Source of the DNA: Nitrospirota bacterium
Lineage (GTDB): Bacteria; Nitrospirota; Nitrospiria; Nitrospirales; NS-4
Direction of reading: 5' to 3'
Assembly: GCA_005877815.1 (NCBI GenBank)
Contig: VBOG01000078.1
Coordinates: forward strand, 13,291-77,290
DNA length: 64,000 nucleotides
Part shown: one piece after another, positions 8,353 through 19,094 of the stretch
Layout: each line of letters opens with the position of its first letter
Position numbering within the stretch: position 1 is the stretch's first letter
Position numbers and translations under genes: made by a program
Notes under the pieces: generated by a model
What the model saw: only the letters and a program-made list of their open reading frames with translations
Told to the model about the DNA's origin: nothing
The model's database searches: none

Positions 8353-9818
8353 TCCATGACCCGCGTCGTGATGAACCGCTTCTGGCCCTCTTGCACGGTC
8401 ACCCCCCGCACTACCTGCTTCTCCAGGACGCCAAAGCCTCCGGTGTAGCGCAATTCGACCTCATAGGTCCCCGGAGGCACCCACAAGCGGCCAAGTTCAA
8501 TGCGGTCGGGAAGCGTCCCCCAGCTTCGTTTGTCCGCTTCCTCCGACGCGATCGCCACCATGTGGGCAAGCGCGCCGGCAATGGCCCCTGCCAACTCCCC
8601 CCCCTCCTTCTTCCCCACGGCGCTGCGGATCCCGCGGCGAACCCCTTCCGCCGCCGCATACTTCCATGCGGCGCGAGCCACGGCTTTCACCGTTGTCCGG
8701 ACGACGCGTTCGTCCAGATCTTTCACCGCGATGGCCGTGATGTCCTCCATGGTCGCCAATCTGGCTTCATAATACGAGTTCCCGCCGCCGGCAACTGCTT
8801 CGGCACCGGCAACCGCGGTGCGTCGTGGCACAAACTTCGGCACCGCCAACCTGATCACGTGGCCCGTCAGTCCGTACAGAACGCTTTCGGCGGCGCGGGA
8901 ATCTGCACCGGAACTCCGGCGCGTCCCGACTTTCGTCGCCAGCACGACGGCCAGCGCCTCAGGACTAAATGGAACGTCGATGAAGAGGTCCCGCTTTAGC
9001 GGCGCGCGTCCGGCATAGGTCACGAAGACAAGTTCGGCCATTCCACGTGTGCCGGCCTGCGGCTGCCAGATGACTCCGGGAAACATCCGCCTATAGCTTT
9101 CGTACTCGTCCAAGAGTCCCAGTGCTTCCGTGATTCGTAAAAGGTCCTTCCGGAGCAGGTCCGGAACCTCCGTTCCATATAGCTTCCGACTCTGCTCGAA
9201 AGCCTCAAAGGAAAGCCGGTAGGCGACAAGCGCCTCAGACAGATTACCGGTGGCTTCATAGAGCACGCCGCTGAGATAGCGGGCGAAGGGATCTTTGGTG
9301 TAGGTCATCGCGCCGTGATTGCGATCACCCATCACGGTCAACTTATGGTCTACTTTCCGCGCTTCGACCAACGCCTCATCCCACAGGCCGAGCTGGACAT
9401 AATTCATCGCCATGAACACGTTCAGCATCACCTTCTCGAAATCCTCACCCTCGTAGGGGAGCGCGTTATCGGTCGTCAAAAAAGCGGCGGCTTCCGCGCT
9501 GATACGCCGGGTGTACAGAGCTTCCGAAAGTTCTTCGGCCTTGGAGAGCGAGACGTTGCTTTCCTGGTACCGGCCCGCGAGATGTTGCAGCATGCCCTTG
9601 TCCATTAAATACAGGACGGTGCTGCGGCTACCGTACGTGCCTTCCTGCTCTTCCAGGATCGCGAGCCCTTCACCGGGGCGTCCGGCCTGAAGAGCATGAT
9701 CCACCTGCGCATAATGGTTGCCGCTCAGGCCGCAGCCGTCGAGACTCGTGAGAGAGATGAAGATGAAAAGAAAGAGCGTCAGCCGCAGACGGCCAAGAAT
9801 GGCTGAACGCGTGAACAC
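8349..9818 (-). CDS. TPR-like lipoprotein (COG3014-like)
   Basis: Signal peptide and lipobox (SLDGC). Helical-repeat N-terminal half (...YLMDKGMLQHLAGRYQESN...YVQLGLWDEALVEARK...YLSGVLYEATGNLSEALVAY). The family call is from memory. Confidence 0.55.
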   Translation of the reverse strand: MFTRSAILGRLRLTLFLFIFISLTSLDGCGLSGNHYAQVDHALQAGRPGEGLAILEEQEGTYGSRSTVLYLMDKGMLQHLAGRYQESNVSLSKAEELSEALYTRRISAEAAAFLTTDNALPYEGEDFEKVMLNVFMAMNYVQLGLWDEALVEARKVDHKLTVMGDRNHGAMTYTKDPFARYLSGVLYEATGNLSEALVAYRLSFEAFEQSRKLYGTEVPDLLRKDLLRITEALGLLDEYESYRRMFPGVIWQPQAGTRGMAELVFVTYAGRAPLKRDLFIDVPFSPEALAVVLATKVGTRRSSGADSRAAESVLYGLTGHVIRLAVPKFVPRRTAVAGAEAVAGGGNSYYEARLATMEDITAIAVKDLDERVVRTTVKAVARAAWKYAAAEGVRRGIRSAVGKKEGGELAGAIAGALAHMVAIASEEADKRSWGTLPDRIELGRLWVPPGTYEVELRYTGGFGVLEKQVVRGVTVQEGQKRFITTRVME

Positions 9819-9832
9819 AGCGCCGATGGCGT

Positions 9833-10477
9833 CTAGAAGATAACGCGCTTACGTTCGATGACTTTCTTGATTTTCTTCTGGCCGAACCACGTCTTGACGT
9901 TGTTGGAGAGGTCGACCATTTCAAGATCCACCTGGTAGAACATGGCCTTCGTCCCCTCGGCCTCGTCGAGGATCGTACTGATGGACCCACGCAGCAGGTA
10001 ATCCGCGCCCAACTCTTTTCCGGGTGCTTTTTGAGTGGCTTCCAGTGCGTGCGTCGCCTGATCGCGGCGCTCTGCGCGAATCTCCTCGCGCTCCCCTTTG
10101 CCGGCAATGAAGGTCACGCGCTGTGAATTGGTCAATTCTCGCTCGAGATCGCTGATGAAGGTCTGGACGCTGATGTGCTCGTGGCTACGATTCACGACGG
10201 TGCCGACGACGACGACTGGCCGTCCGCCTGTTGCCTTCGTCGACGCATCCAGCCAGGGGCGCGCCAGGGCGTCCTTCACCATCTCTTCCGCTACCAACCG
10301 GGAATCGGTATCGTTCCACCGCCCGCTCAGATCCGTGACCGAAGCCGCATCCACCCGCGAGACCGTAGTCGAGGCGCATCCTGTCGCCAGCAACAGGGCC
10401 GAGAGCACGCATCCGATAACAAGGTATGGAGTCTTACTGTGCGCCACGTTTGTCCTCTTCCTGTTGCAACCGTTCAA
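9833..10477 (-). CDS. LpoB-like (COG3417) lipoprotein
   Basis: Lipobox LLATGCAS. ...GRWNDTDSRLVAEEMVKDAL...VVVVGTVVNRSHEHI...FISDLERELTNS... resembles the LpoB fold family. The track start overlaps the upstream gene by 44 nt, so the true start may be an internal GTG. Confidence 0.6.
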   Translation of the reverse strand: MNGCNRKRTNVAHSKTPYLVIGCVLSALLLATGCASTTVSRVDAASVTDLSGRWNDTDSRLVAEEMVKDALARPWLDASTKATGGRPVVVVGTVVNRSHEHISVQTFISDLERELTNSQRVTFIAGKGEREEIRAERRDQATHALEATQKAPGKELGADYLLRGSISTILDEAEGTKAMFYQVDLEMVDLSNNVKTWFGQKKIKKVIERKRVIF

Positions 10478-10997
10478 AGGCCTTTTCCGCGTTCTTTCTC
10501 ACGAAGTCTCTGGCCGCCGTGTTCAATTCCTTCATTTGTCCGACGCTTTCTTTGAAGGACGCGAGATCCATTTTGGCCAGAGAGTATACGGTCAATCCGC
10601 CCTTTTCCTGCTTTTCCCAACGATCAATGACCGACACGCCCGAGAGGTGCGCCGACACGAACGTCTTGAGGGCGCGTTCGATATGCTGCTCCTCGCTCGA
10701 CTTTGTGAAATCGCCAGTTGTGGTCGAGGCGGCGTAGTCCCGCATGAGATAGGAGGTGTACGTGTCCACATATTTCGAGAGGTCGGCACGCGCGCGGTTG
10801 TCAGCGGCTTCCTTCGCCAGAGGTTGGTTGCGCACGCCCGTGACCGCGCCGACCCCATAGAAGGCTTTGCTGTTCTTTTCATTCATGTACCCGCCCCCCT
10901 TATCCACCCATTTGGGCGTTCCGGAACATGCGGCGAGCATGAATATCGGCACGAATAAGATGGCCCACACCCGAATGAGTCGTAGAAACCCGCTCAT
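10434..10997 (-). CDS. LPP20-family lipoprotein
   Basis: Lipobox FMLAACSG. ...AFYGVGAVTGVRNQPLAKEAADNRARADLSKYV... ATG 10997 (AAGGGGGG upstream) is preferred over the track start at 11036. Confidence 0.6.
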   Translation of the reverse strand: MSGFLRLIRVWAILFVPIFMLAACSGTPKWVDKGGGYMNEKNSKAFYGVGAVTGVRNQPLAKEAADNRARADLSKYVDTYTSYLMRDYAASTTTGDFTKSSEEQHIERALKTFVSAHLSGVSVIDRWEKQEKGGLTVYSLAKMDLASFKESVGQMKELNTAARDFVRKNAEKAFERLQQEEDKRGAQ

Positions 10998-11093
10998 GTC
11001 AGACCCCCCTTTCGTATCAGGGAAAAATGCTAACATGCAGTCACCTAACTGTCAATTCTCTTCCCGCGGATTAAAGCAGAGGCATCTCGCTTC

Positions 11094-11112
11094 GACTCGT
11101 CGTTGACGAGTC
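11094..11112. promoter_or_regulatory. perfect 8-bp inverted repeat (candidate operator)
   Basis: GACTCGTC-gtt-GACGAGTC. The right arm overlaps the -35 hexamer of the candidate plus-strand promoter. Lies in the divergent region between the lipoprotein cluster and the small-ORF/acs unit. Confidence 0.35.
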
Positions 11113-11131
11113 CGGCTAACACTTGTAAGAT
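11103..11131 (+). promoter_or_regulatory. candidate sigma70-type promoter
   Basis: TTGACG (11103..11108), 17-nt spacer, TAAGAT (11126..11131). Lies 35 nt upstream of the small ORF. Confidence 0.4.
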
Positions 11132-11166
11132 TGCGCCAATTTTGTAGATAGATATGAAGGAGCATC

Positions 11167-11340
11167 ATGGAGCAACCGATTAAAATCGAAGATGGCGTCA
11201 TGTATATCAAGGACTTCTATCTTCAGGACCCGCAGGCGGCTGCCATTCTGGCCACCTATCCTGAGGCGAAATGGCCTGAGATGACTCGCCGTGCGCTGAA
11301 GATCGGTCTCCATTATCTCAAAGCTGGTGCAGAAAATTAG
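11167..11340 (+). CDS. small hypothetical protein (57 aa), not in the ORF track
   Basis: Own translation: MEQPIKIEDGVMYIKDFYLQDPQAAAILATYPEAKWPEMTRRALKIGLHYLKAGAEN. GAAGGAG lies 5 nt before the ATG. Non-repetitive composition. 43 nt upstream of acs. Confidence 0.45.
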   Translation: MEQPIKIEDGVMYIKDFYLQDPQAAAILATYPEAKWPEMTRRALKIGLHYLKAGAEN

Positions 11341-11383
11341 TTTCGATGAGCAGAACCTTCTGAGAACACGGTGAAGGAGCGAC

Positions 11384-13273
11384 GTGGACGAACGAGTTGA
11401 CAGCTTTCAAAAAGTTGACGATGTCTTCTATCCAACAGCCGAAACGCTGGAGCATGCCCGGATTAAGGACTATGACGCCGCCTACAAGGAATCCATCCGG
11501 GACCGGTTGGTTTTTTGGGAGAACGCCGCGCGCGAATTAGAGTGGTTCAGCCCTTGGACACGCGTCCTCGAGTGGAATTATCCCTGGGCGAAATGGTATG
11601 TCGGCGCCACCTGTAACATCACCCACAACTGTTTGGATCGGCATCTGACGTCGGGCAGAAAAAACAAAGTCGCGTTGATATGGGTGGGCGAGGACAATAC
11701 GGAGCGGTTCTTCACCTATGGAGAACTGTACCGGCAAGTCAGCCGCTGTGCCAACGCTCTCAAAGCATTAGGCATCCGGAAAAGCGATCGCGTTGCCATC
11801 TACCTTCCTAAAATCCCCGAACAGACCATTGCGATGTTGGCCTGCGCCCGGGTCGGGGCGATCCATACCGTCGTGTACTCGGGATTCAGCGCCCCCGCTC
11901 TCGCCAGCCGCCTAGAGGACAGCCAACCGCGTCTCATCATTACCGCCGATGTCGGGTATGACCGTGGCAAGGTGATCCCGCTGAAGCCCGTGGTGGATGA
12001 CGCGGTTGCGAACTCCCCGTTCATCGAAACGGTGGTCGTCGTGCGGCGCGAAAAAGGCGGACCGGCGTTGTCGGGCCCGAAAGAGCTTGATTGGGAAGAC
12101 TGGCTAAAAAGGGAAGCACCTTCGTGTCCCGCCGAGGTCATGGACGCAGAAGATCCGTTGTATTTTTTGTACACGTCCGGCACCACGGGTAAACCGAAAG
12201 GCGTGCAGCACGTGCATGGCGGCTATATGGTCGGCACTTATCTGACCACGAAGATCGTCTTTGATCTCACAGACGACGACATTTATTTCTGCGTCGCCGA
12301 CCCCGGCTGGGTCACGGGCCACAGCTATATCGTGTATGGCCCGCTGCTGAATGGCGCGACGATTCTGATGGCGGAAGGCAAACCGGACTATCCCAACCCC
12401 GGCCGGTGGTGGCAGTTGATCGAACGGTACGGCGTCACGATTTTCTACACGACCCCGACTGCGATCCGGCTGCTGATGAAATACGGAGAGGAATGGCCGA
12501 AGAAGTACGATTTGAGCAGCTTAAGAATTCTCGGTTCCGTCGGCGAACCGATCAATCCGGAAGCCTGGCGCTGGTATCACCGCGTGACGGGCAGCAAGCT
12601 ACCGATCATGGATACCTGGTGGCAGACGGAGACCGGGATGATCCTGGTCACGCCGCTCGCCTGCACCAAACAAAAGCCGGGATCGGCTGCGCGACCGTTC
12701 CTGGGCATCGAGGCGGATGTCGTCGACCGCGAGGGCAAGTCGCTGCCGCCGAATACCGGCGGCTTTGCCGTGATCACCTCGCCTTGGCCGGCCATGATGC
12801 GCACCATCTACAAAGATCCCGAGCGGTATAAGGTGTACTGGAATACAATTCCCGGGTGTTACACGGCGGGAGATGTATGCCGCAAGGACGATGATGGCTA
12901 CTTCTTCTTCATGGGGCGAGCCGATGACGTCATCAAGGTTGCCGGAAACAGGATCGGTACGGCAGAGGTGGAGAGCGCACTGGTCAGCCATCAGGCGGTG
13001 GCTGAAGCCGCGGTGATCGGGAAACCGCACAAGACGGCGGGTGAGTCCATCAAGGCCTTCATCATTCTCAAACAACGCTTTCAAGAATCTCCAGAACTGA
13101 TTCAAGCCTTGAAAGATCATGTCAAACATGAATTGGGAAAGATCGCCGTCCCGCACGAGATCGAAATCGTCACCGGCCTGCCCAAGACCCGCTCGGGAAA
13201 GATCATGCGGCGAGTCCTGAAGGCGAAAGAGCTGGGCCAGAATCCGGGCGATATTTCCACGCTGGAAGAATAG
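11384..13273 (+). CDS. acs: acetyl-CoA synthetase (AMP-forming)
   Basis: 629 aa. YTSGTTGKPKGV AMP-binding motif, ...WWQTETG..., ...PKTRSGKIMRR C-terminal motif. GTG start after GAAGGAG. Confidence 0.9.
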   Translation: MDERVDSFQKVDDVFYPTAETLEHARIKDYDAAYKESIRDRLVFWENAARELEWFSPWTRVLEWNYPWAKWYVGATCNITHNCLDRHLTSGRKNKVALIWVGEDNTERFFTYGELYRQVSRCANALKALGIRKSDRVAIYLPKIPEQTIAMLACARVGAIHTVVYSGFSAPALASRLEDSQPRLIITADVGYDRGKVIPLKPVVDDAVANSPFIETVVVVRREKGGPALSGPKELDWEDWLKREAPSCPAEVMDAEDPLYFLYTSGTTGKPKGVQHVHGGYMVGTYLTTKIVFDLTDDDIYFCVADPGWVTGHSYIVYGPLLNGATILMAEGKPDYPNPGRWWQLIERYGVTIFYTTPTAIRLLMKYGEEWPKKYDLSSLRILGSVGEPINPEAWRWYHRVTGSKLPIMDTWWQTETGMILVTPLACTKQKPGSAARPFLGIEADVVDREGKSLPPNTGGFAVITSPWPAMMRTIYKDPERYKVYWNTIPGCYTAGDVCRKDDDGYFFFMGRADDVIKVAGNRIGTAEVESALVSHQAVAEAAVIGKPHKTAGESIKAFIILKQRFQESPELIQALKDHVKHELGKIAVPHEIEIVTGLPKTRSGKIMRRVLKAKELGQNPGDISTLEE

Positions 13274-13282
13274 CCCGCTTTT

Positions 13283-14554
13283 CTAAGTCCCTCGTGCTTC
13301 CACCGTTGTCGCAGCATCCACATCAGTCTTGTTCACATCGGTTTTCGGCAGGAACGGCACGATCACAAACGCGCCGAGTGTGAACACCCCCGCCACGATA
13401 ATCAACGGCGTGATGTTCTGATGGAAGAGTCGTTCATAGAGATACGCACCCGTGACCTGCGACAGTTGGCCCGCCGCATTATAAATCGACATCAACCCCG
13501 CAAACGTAAATCCCGCCGCTTGAGGCGGGCACACCGCGGCCGCTAGGCTGAGGAGCGTCAGCATGGGGATCATGCTCAGGATGCCGGTCGTAAAATACAG
13601 AATCACCGCGCTCGTCTTATTCACGAGCAGCAGGTAGGCCAGCGTCGTGCCGGATCCCAGCACGATACTGAGATAGACCAGGGTCTTATTGGGATAGCGG
13701 TCCGCCAGATAGCGTCGGTAGACGAATGCACCGATGACCGCCCCCACCGACGCAATCGCCGTCAGTTGCCCGATGAAATATTGTTCGAAGTTCAGGTGAT
13801 CGACCATGTGGTAAAACAACGGCGTGCCGAAGCTCGGCGTGAAGTTCCAGAAAGCCAGAAACCCGGCCACGATCCAGAGTGTCCGGGATTTGATCGCCGA
13901 CATGAGCCCGTGGCTGGTTGAACGCAGCGCCCCCAGATCGAGTCGGGACTTCTCCTCCCTGACAAGGAAGGTCGTGGCGATCACCACCGCCGCCGGAGCA
14001 CCGGCAACAATCAAGGCTGCGGTATGAAGGGCGCCTGCCGGCGAGAGAACTTGGCTCAACCAGCCTCCAACGACGCCGGACGTGATTGCCGCGATGTTGA
14101 ACCACATCCACTGCTGACTTTGAAATTGTTTGATCAACCCCGTCTTCTGGCCGTTCTCCACCATTAAGGCATCCACGAGGACATCGGAGGACGCGATCCC
14201 TAGCGCCGTCAGCAAGAGGGCCAGGACGATCATATTCGGCGTGGTCAATCCTGTCAGCCAGAGAAAGCCGCCGGCAGCAAGCCCGTTCATGACGAAGAGA
14301 TAGCTTTTCCGTCGATAGCCGCACAGTGGAATGAAATCGCTCAATAGGCCGTACGCGGGCTTGATGATCCACGGGACGGTCAGCACCGCGAGCAACCCAG
14401 CAACCTGATCAGTCGTCAGTTCCAGGGACTTCAAATAGAACATCAGCGGTTGACTGATCAGCGCTCCCGCCTGCCCGATCCCTTGGGCAAAATACACCAG
14501 CCCAAAATAGATCATGAGACGGTGTGTCTCAGGCGTACGACGCTGGTCAGCCAT
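13283..14554 (-). CDS. MFS transporter, folate-biopterin (BT1) family-like
   Basis: 423 aa, about 12 TM. ...LTVPWIIKPAYGLLSDFIPLCGYRRKSY... matches the BT1-type signature as I remember it. Confidence 0.7.
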   Translation of the reverse strand: MADQRRTPETHRLMIYFGLVYFAQGIGQAGALISQPLMFYLKSLELTTDQVAGLLAVLTVPWIIKPAYGLLSDFIPLCGYRRKSYLFVMNGLAAGGFLWLTGLTTPNMIVLALLLTALGIASSDVLVDALMVENGQKTGLIKQFQSQQWMWFNIAAITSGVVGGWLSQVLSPAGALHTAALIVAGAPAAVVIATTFLVREEKSRLDLGALRSTSHGLMSAIKSRTLWIVAGFLAFWNFTPSFGTPLFYHMVDHLNFEQYFIGQLTAIASVGAVIGAFVYRRYLADRYPNKTLVYLSIVLGSGTTLAYLLLVNKTSAVILYFTTGILSMIPMLTLLSLAAAVCPPQAAGFTFAGLMSIYNAAGQLSQVTGAYLYERLFHQNITPLIIVAGVFTLGAFVIVPFLPKTDVNKTDVDAATTVEARGT

Positions 14555-15397
14555 CTAACCCCGTCTCAAGGTGATCACGGCAATTTCCGGCCGGCAAAAT
14601 AGGCGGATCGGCAGGTGACTGGTTCCGATGCCCCGGCTGACGTACATCCTGGCCGACATCCCGTCGAACCATCCCGACCCATAGGGCTCCGTTCCGTCCG
14701 GAAGCCACAGGGGACCGACCCCCGGCACACGGACTTGCCCTCCGTGCGTGTGTCCCGCCAGCACGAGATCAAAGCGAACCGGATCGGCCTTAGGAAAGAT
14801 TTCAGGGGAATGGCTCAACAAAATAGCGAAGGGTGTCCGCTGCATACCCCGCAGCGCCTGGACGAGCTTATCACGTCCGGTTGACGGATCATCCACTCCC
14901 ACGAACGATATCGTATCCAGCCCCTTGCCGAGGCGCCCGCCTTCATTGATCAGCACGGCCGCCCCCGCTTCGCGAAACAAGGTGCGAAACGCATCGTCAC
15001 CGCTCGCCAATCCGTCTTCATGATCGTGATTGCCAAGAACCGCCCACAGTCCGAACGGTGTATGAAGCGCCGAGAGTTCGCGTAAGAACTTCTGCACTCC
15101 AGCCGGATCGCTGCCGCTGAGCATAAAATCGCCCGTGATGACGACGACCCCTGGCCGGAGGTCGCGTAGCAGCCGAAGCGTTTCGCGTTCACGCCTTCCA
15201 TAGACGCCGATATGCACATCGGAGAGATGAGCGATGGCGAGCCCATCGAACTCTGCGGGCAAATGCTTGAATCTAGCCTCGTGCCGCGTGACTTCGATCC
15301 AATACGGCTCGATGGTCCAGGCATACAGCAGAAGGAACAGACAGAGCAGCAGAAGAACTCGGACGGCGAGAACGGTCCGCCTCGATTGGCGTTTCAC
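14555..15397 (-). CDS. membrane-anchored metallophosphoesterase (YaeI-like)
   Basis: N-terminal TM helix, then the motifs HLSDVH, ITGDF, GNHDH, SHSP, GHTHGGQ. Confidence 0.8.
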   Translation of the reverse strand: MKRQSRRTVLAVRVLLLLCLFLLLYAWTIEPYWIEVTRHEARFKHLPAEFDGLAIAHLSDVHIGVYGRRERETLRLLRDLRPGVVVITGDFMLSGSDPAGVQKFLRELSALHTPFGLWAVLGNHDHEDGLASGDDAFRTLFREAGAAVLINEGGRLGKGLDTISFVGVDDPSTGRDKLVQALRGMQRTPFAILLSHSPEIFPKADPVRFDLVLAGHTHGGQVRVPGVGPLWLPDGTEPYGSGWFDGMSARMYVSRGIGTSHLPIRLFCRPEIAVITLRRG

Positions 15398-16830
15398 GGA
15401 TGATCGAATAGGCCCAATTGCATTTCCTCGGCTTTCGTGAACGGAATGGGATAATTCTCTGTGAAACAGGCGTTACAGTATCGTTCCCCCGAACCGGGCG
15501 CGGCGGTCAGCATGCCTTCGAGGCTGAGATAGGCGAGGGAATCGGCCGTAATATATTTGCGGATTTCTTCAATGCGATGGGAAGCCCCGATCAGCTCTTT
15601 TTTGCTGGGCGTGTCGATGCCGTAGAAGCACGGCGAAATGACCGGCGGTGAGGAGATACGCATATGGATTTCTTTGGCGCCCGCATGGCGGATCATCTTG
15701 ACGATCTTCCGGCTGGTCGTGCCCCGCACAATGGAATCGTCCACGACGACGACGCGCTTCCCTTCCAACACCTCCTGAACCGCATTGAGCTTCACCTTGA
15801 CCCCGAAATGCCGGATGCGCTGTTCGGGCTCGATGAAGGTCCGACCGACATAATGGTTTCGGATCAGCCCGTTCTCGTAGGAAATGTGCGCGCCTTCCGC
15901 GTAGCCGAGCGCCGCCGGGACGCCCGAGTCAGGGACCGGAATGACGATGTCCGCCGGCACGTGCGATTCCTTCGCGAGCTGCCGGCCCAGGGCCTTTCGC
16001 GTGGCATAGACGGTATGTCCGTATATCTTACTGTCCGGTCGCGCAAAGTAAATGTGTTCGAAGATGCACATCGCCGGCTTGGCTGTCGGAAAGGGAAAAA
16101 ACGACTGCACCCCCTTGTCGTCTATCAGGAGCAGTTCTCCGGGTTCAACATCCCGAACCGTCTCGGCCCCGATGAGATCGAACGCGCAGGTCTCCGATGC
16201 CACGACCCACGCATCCTTGACCTTGCCCAACGACAATGGGCGGAACCCATAGGGATCTCGGGCAGCAATCAAGGCATGATCGGTGAGTAGCGCGATGGAG
16301 TAGGCGCCGCGCACCTGATTGAGCGCATCGATCACTCGATCGAGCAGCGTACTCAGGCGCGAATGTGCCATGAGATGGACGATCACTTCGCTGTCGGTGG
16401 TGGATTGGAAGATCGAGCCGTAGGCTTCGAGTTCGTTGCGCATCATCTCGGCGTTGATCAGATTGCCGTTATGCGCAAGCGCCAAGTTGCCAAAGGCAAA
16501 ATTGACGACGAGCGGCTGCGCGTTCTTGAGATCGCTGGAGCCGGCGGTCGAGTAGCGGTTATGGCCGACCGCCGAGCGGCCTGGAAGTCGCTTCAGCCGG
16601 TCCTTCGTAAACACATCGGCCACCAGGCCCATGGCCTTTTCCTGGTGAAATTGCTGCCCGTCGTTGGAGACGATGCCGGAGCTCTCCTGCCCCCGATGCT
16701 GGAGCGCGTACAAGCCGAGATACGTCAGATTCGCCGCTTCTTTGTGGCCGTAGACGCCGACGACAGCACATTCCTCATGAAGCTTGTCGGGCGACGGCAG
16801 CGAGGGGACGTGCATAGGAATCTCTCTCAT
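15394..16830 (-). CDS. purF: amidophosphoribosyltransferase
   Basis: 478 aa. N-terminal ...[10 protein letters not shown] (Ntn Cys), PRTase loop [15 protein letters not shown]-terminal Cys ligands. 4-nt overlaps on both sides. Confidence 0.9.
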   Translation of the reverse strand: MREIPMHVPSLPSPDKLHEECAVVGVYGHKEAANLTYLGLYALQHRGQESSGIVSNDGQQFHQEKAMGLVADVFTKDRLKRLPGRSAVGHNRYSTAGSSDLKNAQPLVVNFAFGNLALAHNGNLINAEMMRNELEAYGSIFQSTTDSEVIVHLMAHSRLSTLLDRVIDALNQVRGAYSIALLTDHALIAARDPYGFRPLSLGKVKDAWVVASETCAFDLIGAETVRDVEPGELLLIDDKGVQSFFPFPTAKPAMCIFEHIYFARPDSKIYGHTVYATRKALGRQLAKESHVPADIVIPVPDSGVPAALGYAEGAHISYENGLIRNHYVGRTFIEPEQRIRHFGVKVKLNAVQEVLEGKRVVVVDDSIVRGTTSRKIVKMIRHAGAKEIHMRISSPPVISPCFYGIDTPSKKELIGASHRIEEIRKYITADSLAYLSLEGMLTAAPGSGERYCNACFTENYPIPFTKAEEMQLGLFDHP

Positions 16831-19094
16831 GCGTCGCGTCCTTCAGCAGACGGCGTGGACGCCATCAGGTTCGCCAGCGCACTCCGCCAGCCTTCAGCCA
16901 GCGCCTGACAAGGCCTGTCAATCCAGGTCGTCGTGGTTCCCCGTTCATCGCAGATCGCCATCACCAGGTGTGCTCCTCCCACAGCTCCAATCTGTTCCAT
17001 CGGCACTGCCGCCTCACGGCCTAGTTTCTCGAATGCTCGCAGATCTGTCGATTTGACCGAGACGACGATCCTGGATTGAGACTCTCCGAACAGAAGACTG
17101 TCTCGCCGGAGTCTTTTTTGCTTCAGAACGATCCTGGCGCCGCACGCCGGTTCGGAAGACAGGCAGGATTCCGCGACCGCCACCGCCAAGCCTCCTTCCG
17201 AACAATCATGCGCGGAACGGACCAGCCCTCGATCCACTGCTGCCAGCAGCAGCCGCTGCACTGCCCGCTCGCGTTCCAAATTCAGGACCGGTGGCGTGCC
17301 CTGCTCCCGCGAGTGAACACACCGAAGATATTCAGTTCCTCCCAGATCCTCGCCGGTTTCACCGATGAGAAGAATCTGGTCGCCTTCTCCTTTAAAACCC
17401 GGCGTGACGGAACGGTCGGCGTGTTCCAAAATCCCCACCATGCCGATACCGGGCGTTGGATAGATCGACAGACCGCCTGTCTCATTATAAAAGCTCACGT
17501 TCCCGCTCACCACTGGTATTTCTAAGGCCCGGCACGCATCGGCAATGCCCTCCACGGCCAGAACAAATTGCCACATGATGTCCGGGCGCTCGGGATTTCC
17601 GAAGTTCAGACAGTCGGTGAGGGCGAGCGGACGCGCGCCCACACAGACGAGATTGCGCGCGGCTTCGGCGACCGCGCTGGCCGCGCCGATGTAGGGGTTC
17701 AGAACGCAATACAAGCTGTTGCAATCCGTGGTCACAGCGAGCGCTTTGTCAGTCCCTTTGAGACGCAACACGGCCGCGTCCGCCCCCGGCCGGACCAGCG
17801 TATTGGTCTGAACCATATGATCGTACTGCTCGAAGATCCAGCCTTTATGCGCGATCGTGGGAGAGGTCAGGAGAGTCTCGAGGACGGTATTGCAATCCTT
17901 GGGCTCTGCGATCACCTCGAGCTGAAGCGATTGAAGATGATCCTGATACGGCGGGGCTGCGGCCGGACGCTCGTATTTAGGCGCGTCGTCGGCCAAAGCC
18001 CTCGCGGGGACCTCGGCCACCGTCACTCCCTGATCTTTCACGCGCAGCATGCCGTCTGCGGTGACACGGCCCACGACAGCGGCAGCGAGATCCCACTTTT
18101 TGCAGATATCCAATACGTCACCTTCCCGTCCCGGTTTGGCGACGAGCAGCATGCGTTCCTGCGATTCGGACAGCAACAACTCATAGGGCGTCATCCCGGG
18201 CTCGCGCCGCGGCACACTCGCCAGTTCCAATTCGATGCCGGAGTCACCGCGGGAGGCCATCTCGCATGAAGAGCTCGTCAAGCCCGCCGCGCCCATGTCC
18301 TGAATCCCGATCAGCAGATCTTTGTCCATGAGCTCCAGGCACGCCTCGATCAGCAGCTTTTCAGTGAAGGGGTCGCCGACCTGCACCGTGGGCCGCTTCG
18401 ATTCCTCTCCTTCTTCAAACGAGTCGGAGGCCATCGTCGCGCCATGAATGCCATCCCGGCCGGTCTTAGCCCCAATGTACAGGACGGGGTTGCCCTCACC
18501 TACCGCACGCCCCAGAAAAATTTTGTCCCGTCGCGCGATGCCGAGACAGAACACGTTCACCAAGGGATTCTTATTGTAGATCTCATTGAAACAGACTTCG
18601 CCGCCCACGGTGGGGACGCCCACACAATTTCCATAGCCGGCAATGCCCGATACGACGCCACGAAAAAGATAGCGGTTCTTCGGCCTGTCCAAGGGTCCGA
18701 ACCGTAGAGCGTTCAACAGGGCAATCGGCCGTGCGCCCATGGTGAAGACGTCGCGCAGAATCCCGCCGACGCCAGTGGCGGCACCTTGATATGGCTCGAT
18801 GAACGATGGGTGGTTGTGGCTTTCCATCTTGAAGACGGCGACGAGCCCGTCACCGATGTCGATGACTCCGGCATTCTCACCCGGCCCGTGGACGACCTGG
18901 GGACCTTCCGTCGGCAAGCGCTTCAGAAAGGCCCTCGAGCTTTTATAGGAGCAGTGCTCGCTCCACATCACCGAGAACATTCCGAGCTCTGTGAGATTCG
19001 GCTCGCGCGCCAAAATAGCGATGATTTTCTGGTACTCCTCCTCGGTCAGTCCATGCTGAGCAATAAGTTCTTTCGTCATCAGTGGATGGGTCAT
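16827..19094 (-). CDS. purL: phosphoribosylformylglycinamidine synthase subunit PurL
   Basis: 755 aa. ...[11 protein letters not shown]..., ...ESHNHPS..., duplicated AIR-synthase-like domains. Confidence 0.9.
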   Translation of the reverse strand: MTHPLMTKELIAQHGLTEEEYQKIIAILAREPNLTELGMFSVMWSEHCSYKSSRAFLKRLPTEGPQVVHGPGENAGVIDIGDGLVAVFKMESHNHPSFIEPYQGAATGVGGILRDVFTMGARPIALLNALRFGPLDRPKNRYLFRGVVSGIAGYGNCVGVPTVGGEVCFNEIYNKNPLVNVFCLGIARRDKIFLGRAVGEGNPVLYIGAKTGRDGIHGATMASDSFEEGEESKRPTVQVGDPFTEKLLIEACLELMDKDLLIGIQDMGAAGLTSSSCEMASRGDSGIELELASVPRREPGMTPYELLLSESQERMLLVAKPGREGDVLDICKKWDLAAAVVGRVTADGMLRVKDQGVTVAEVPARALADDAPKYERPAAAPPYQDHLQSLQLEVIAEPKDCNTVLETLLTSPTIAHKGWIFEQYDHMVQTNTLVRPGADAAVLRLKGTDKALAVTTDCNSLYCVLNPYIGAASAVAEAARNLVCVGARPLALTDCLNFGNPERPDIMWQFVLAVEGIADACRALEIPVVSGNVSFYNETGGLSIYPTPGIGMVGILEHADRSVTPGFKGEGDQILLIGETGEDLGGTEYLRCVHSREQGTPPVLNLERERAVQRLLLAAVDRGLVRSAHDCSEGGLAVAVAESCLSSEPACGARIVLKQKRLRRDSLLFGESQSRIVVSVKSTDLRAFEKLGREAAVPMEQIGAVGGAHLVMAICDERGTTTTWIDRPCQALAEGWRSALANLMASTPSAEGRDA

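Noticed and set aside
8304-11106. Plus-strand ORFs 8304..8999, 10098..10958, 10175..10555 and 10867..11106, antisense to the lipoprotein cluster
   Set aside because: They are low-complexity Arg/His/Pro-rich translations with no start-site support. The minus-strand frames carry signal peptides, lipoboxes and family motifs.
11116-11313. 65-aa minus-strand ORF in the acs upstream region
   Set aside because: It has no SD motif and overlaps the plus-strand 57-codon ORF, which has a strong GAAGGAG SD and sits in an operon-like position. The plus-strand ORF is preferred.
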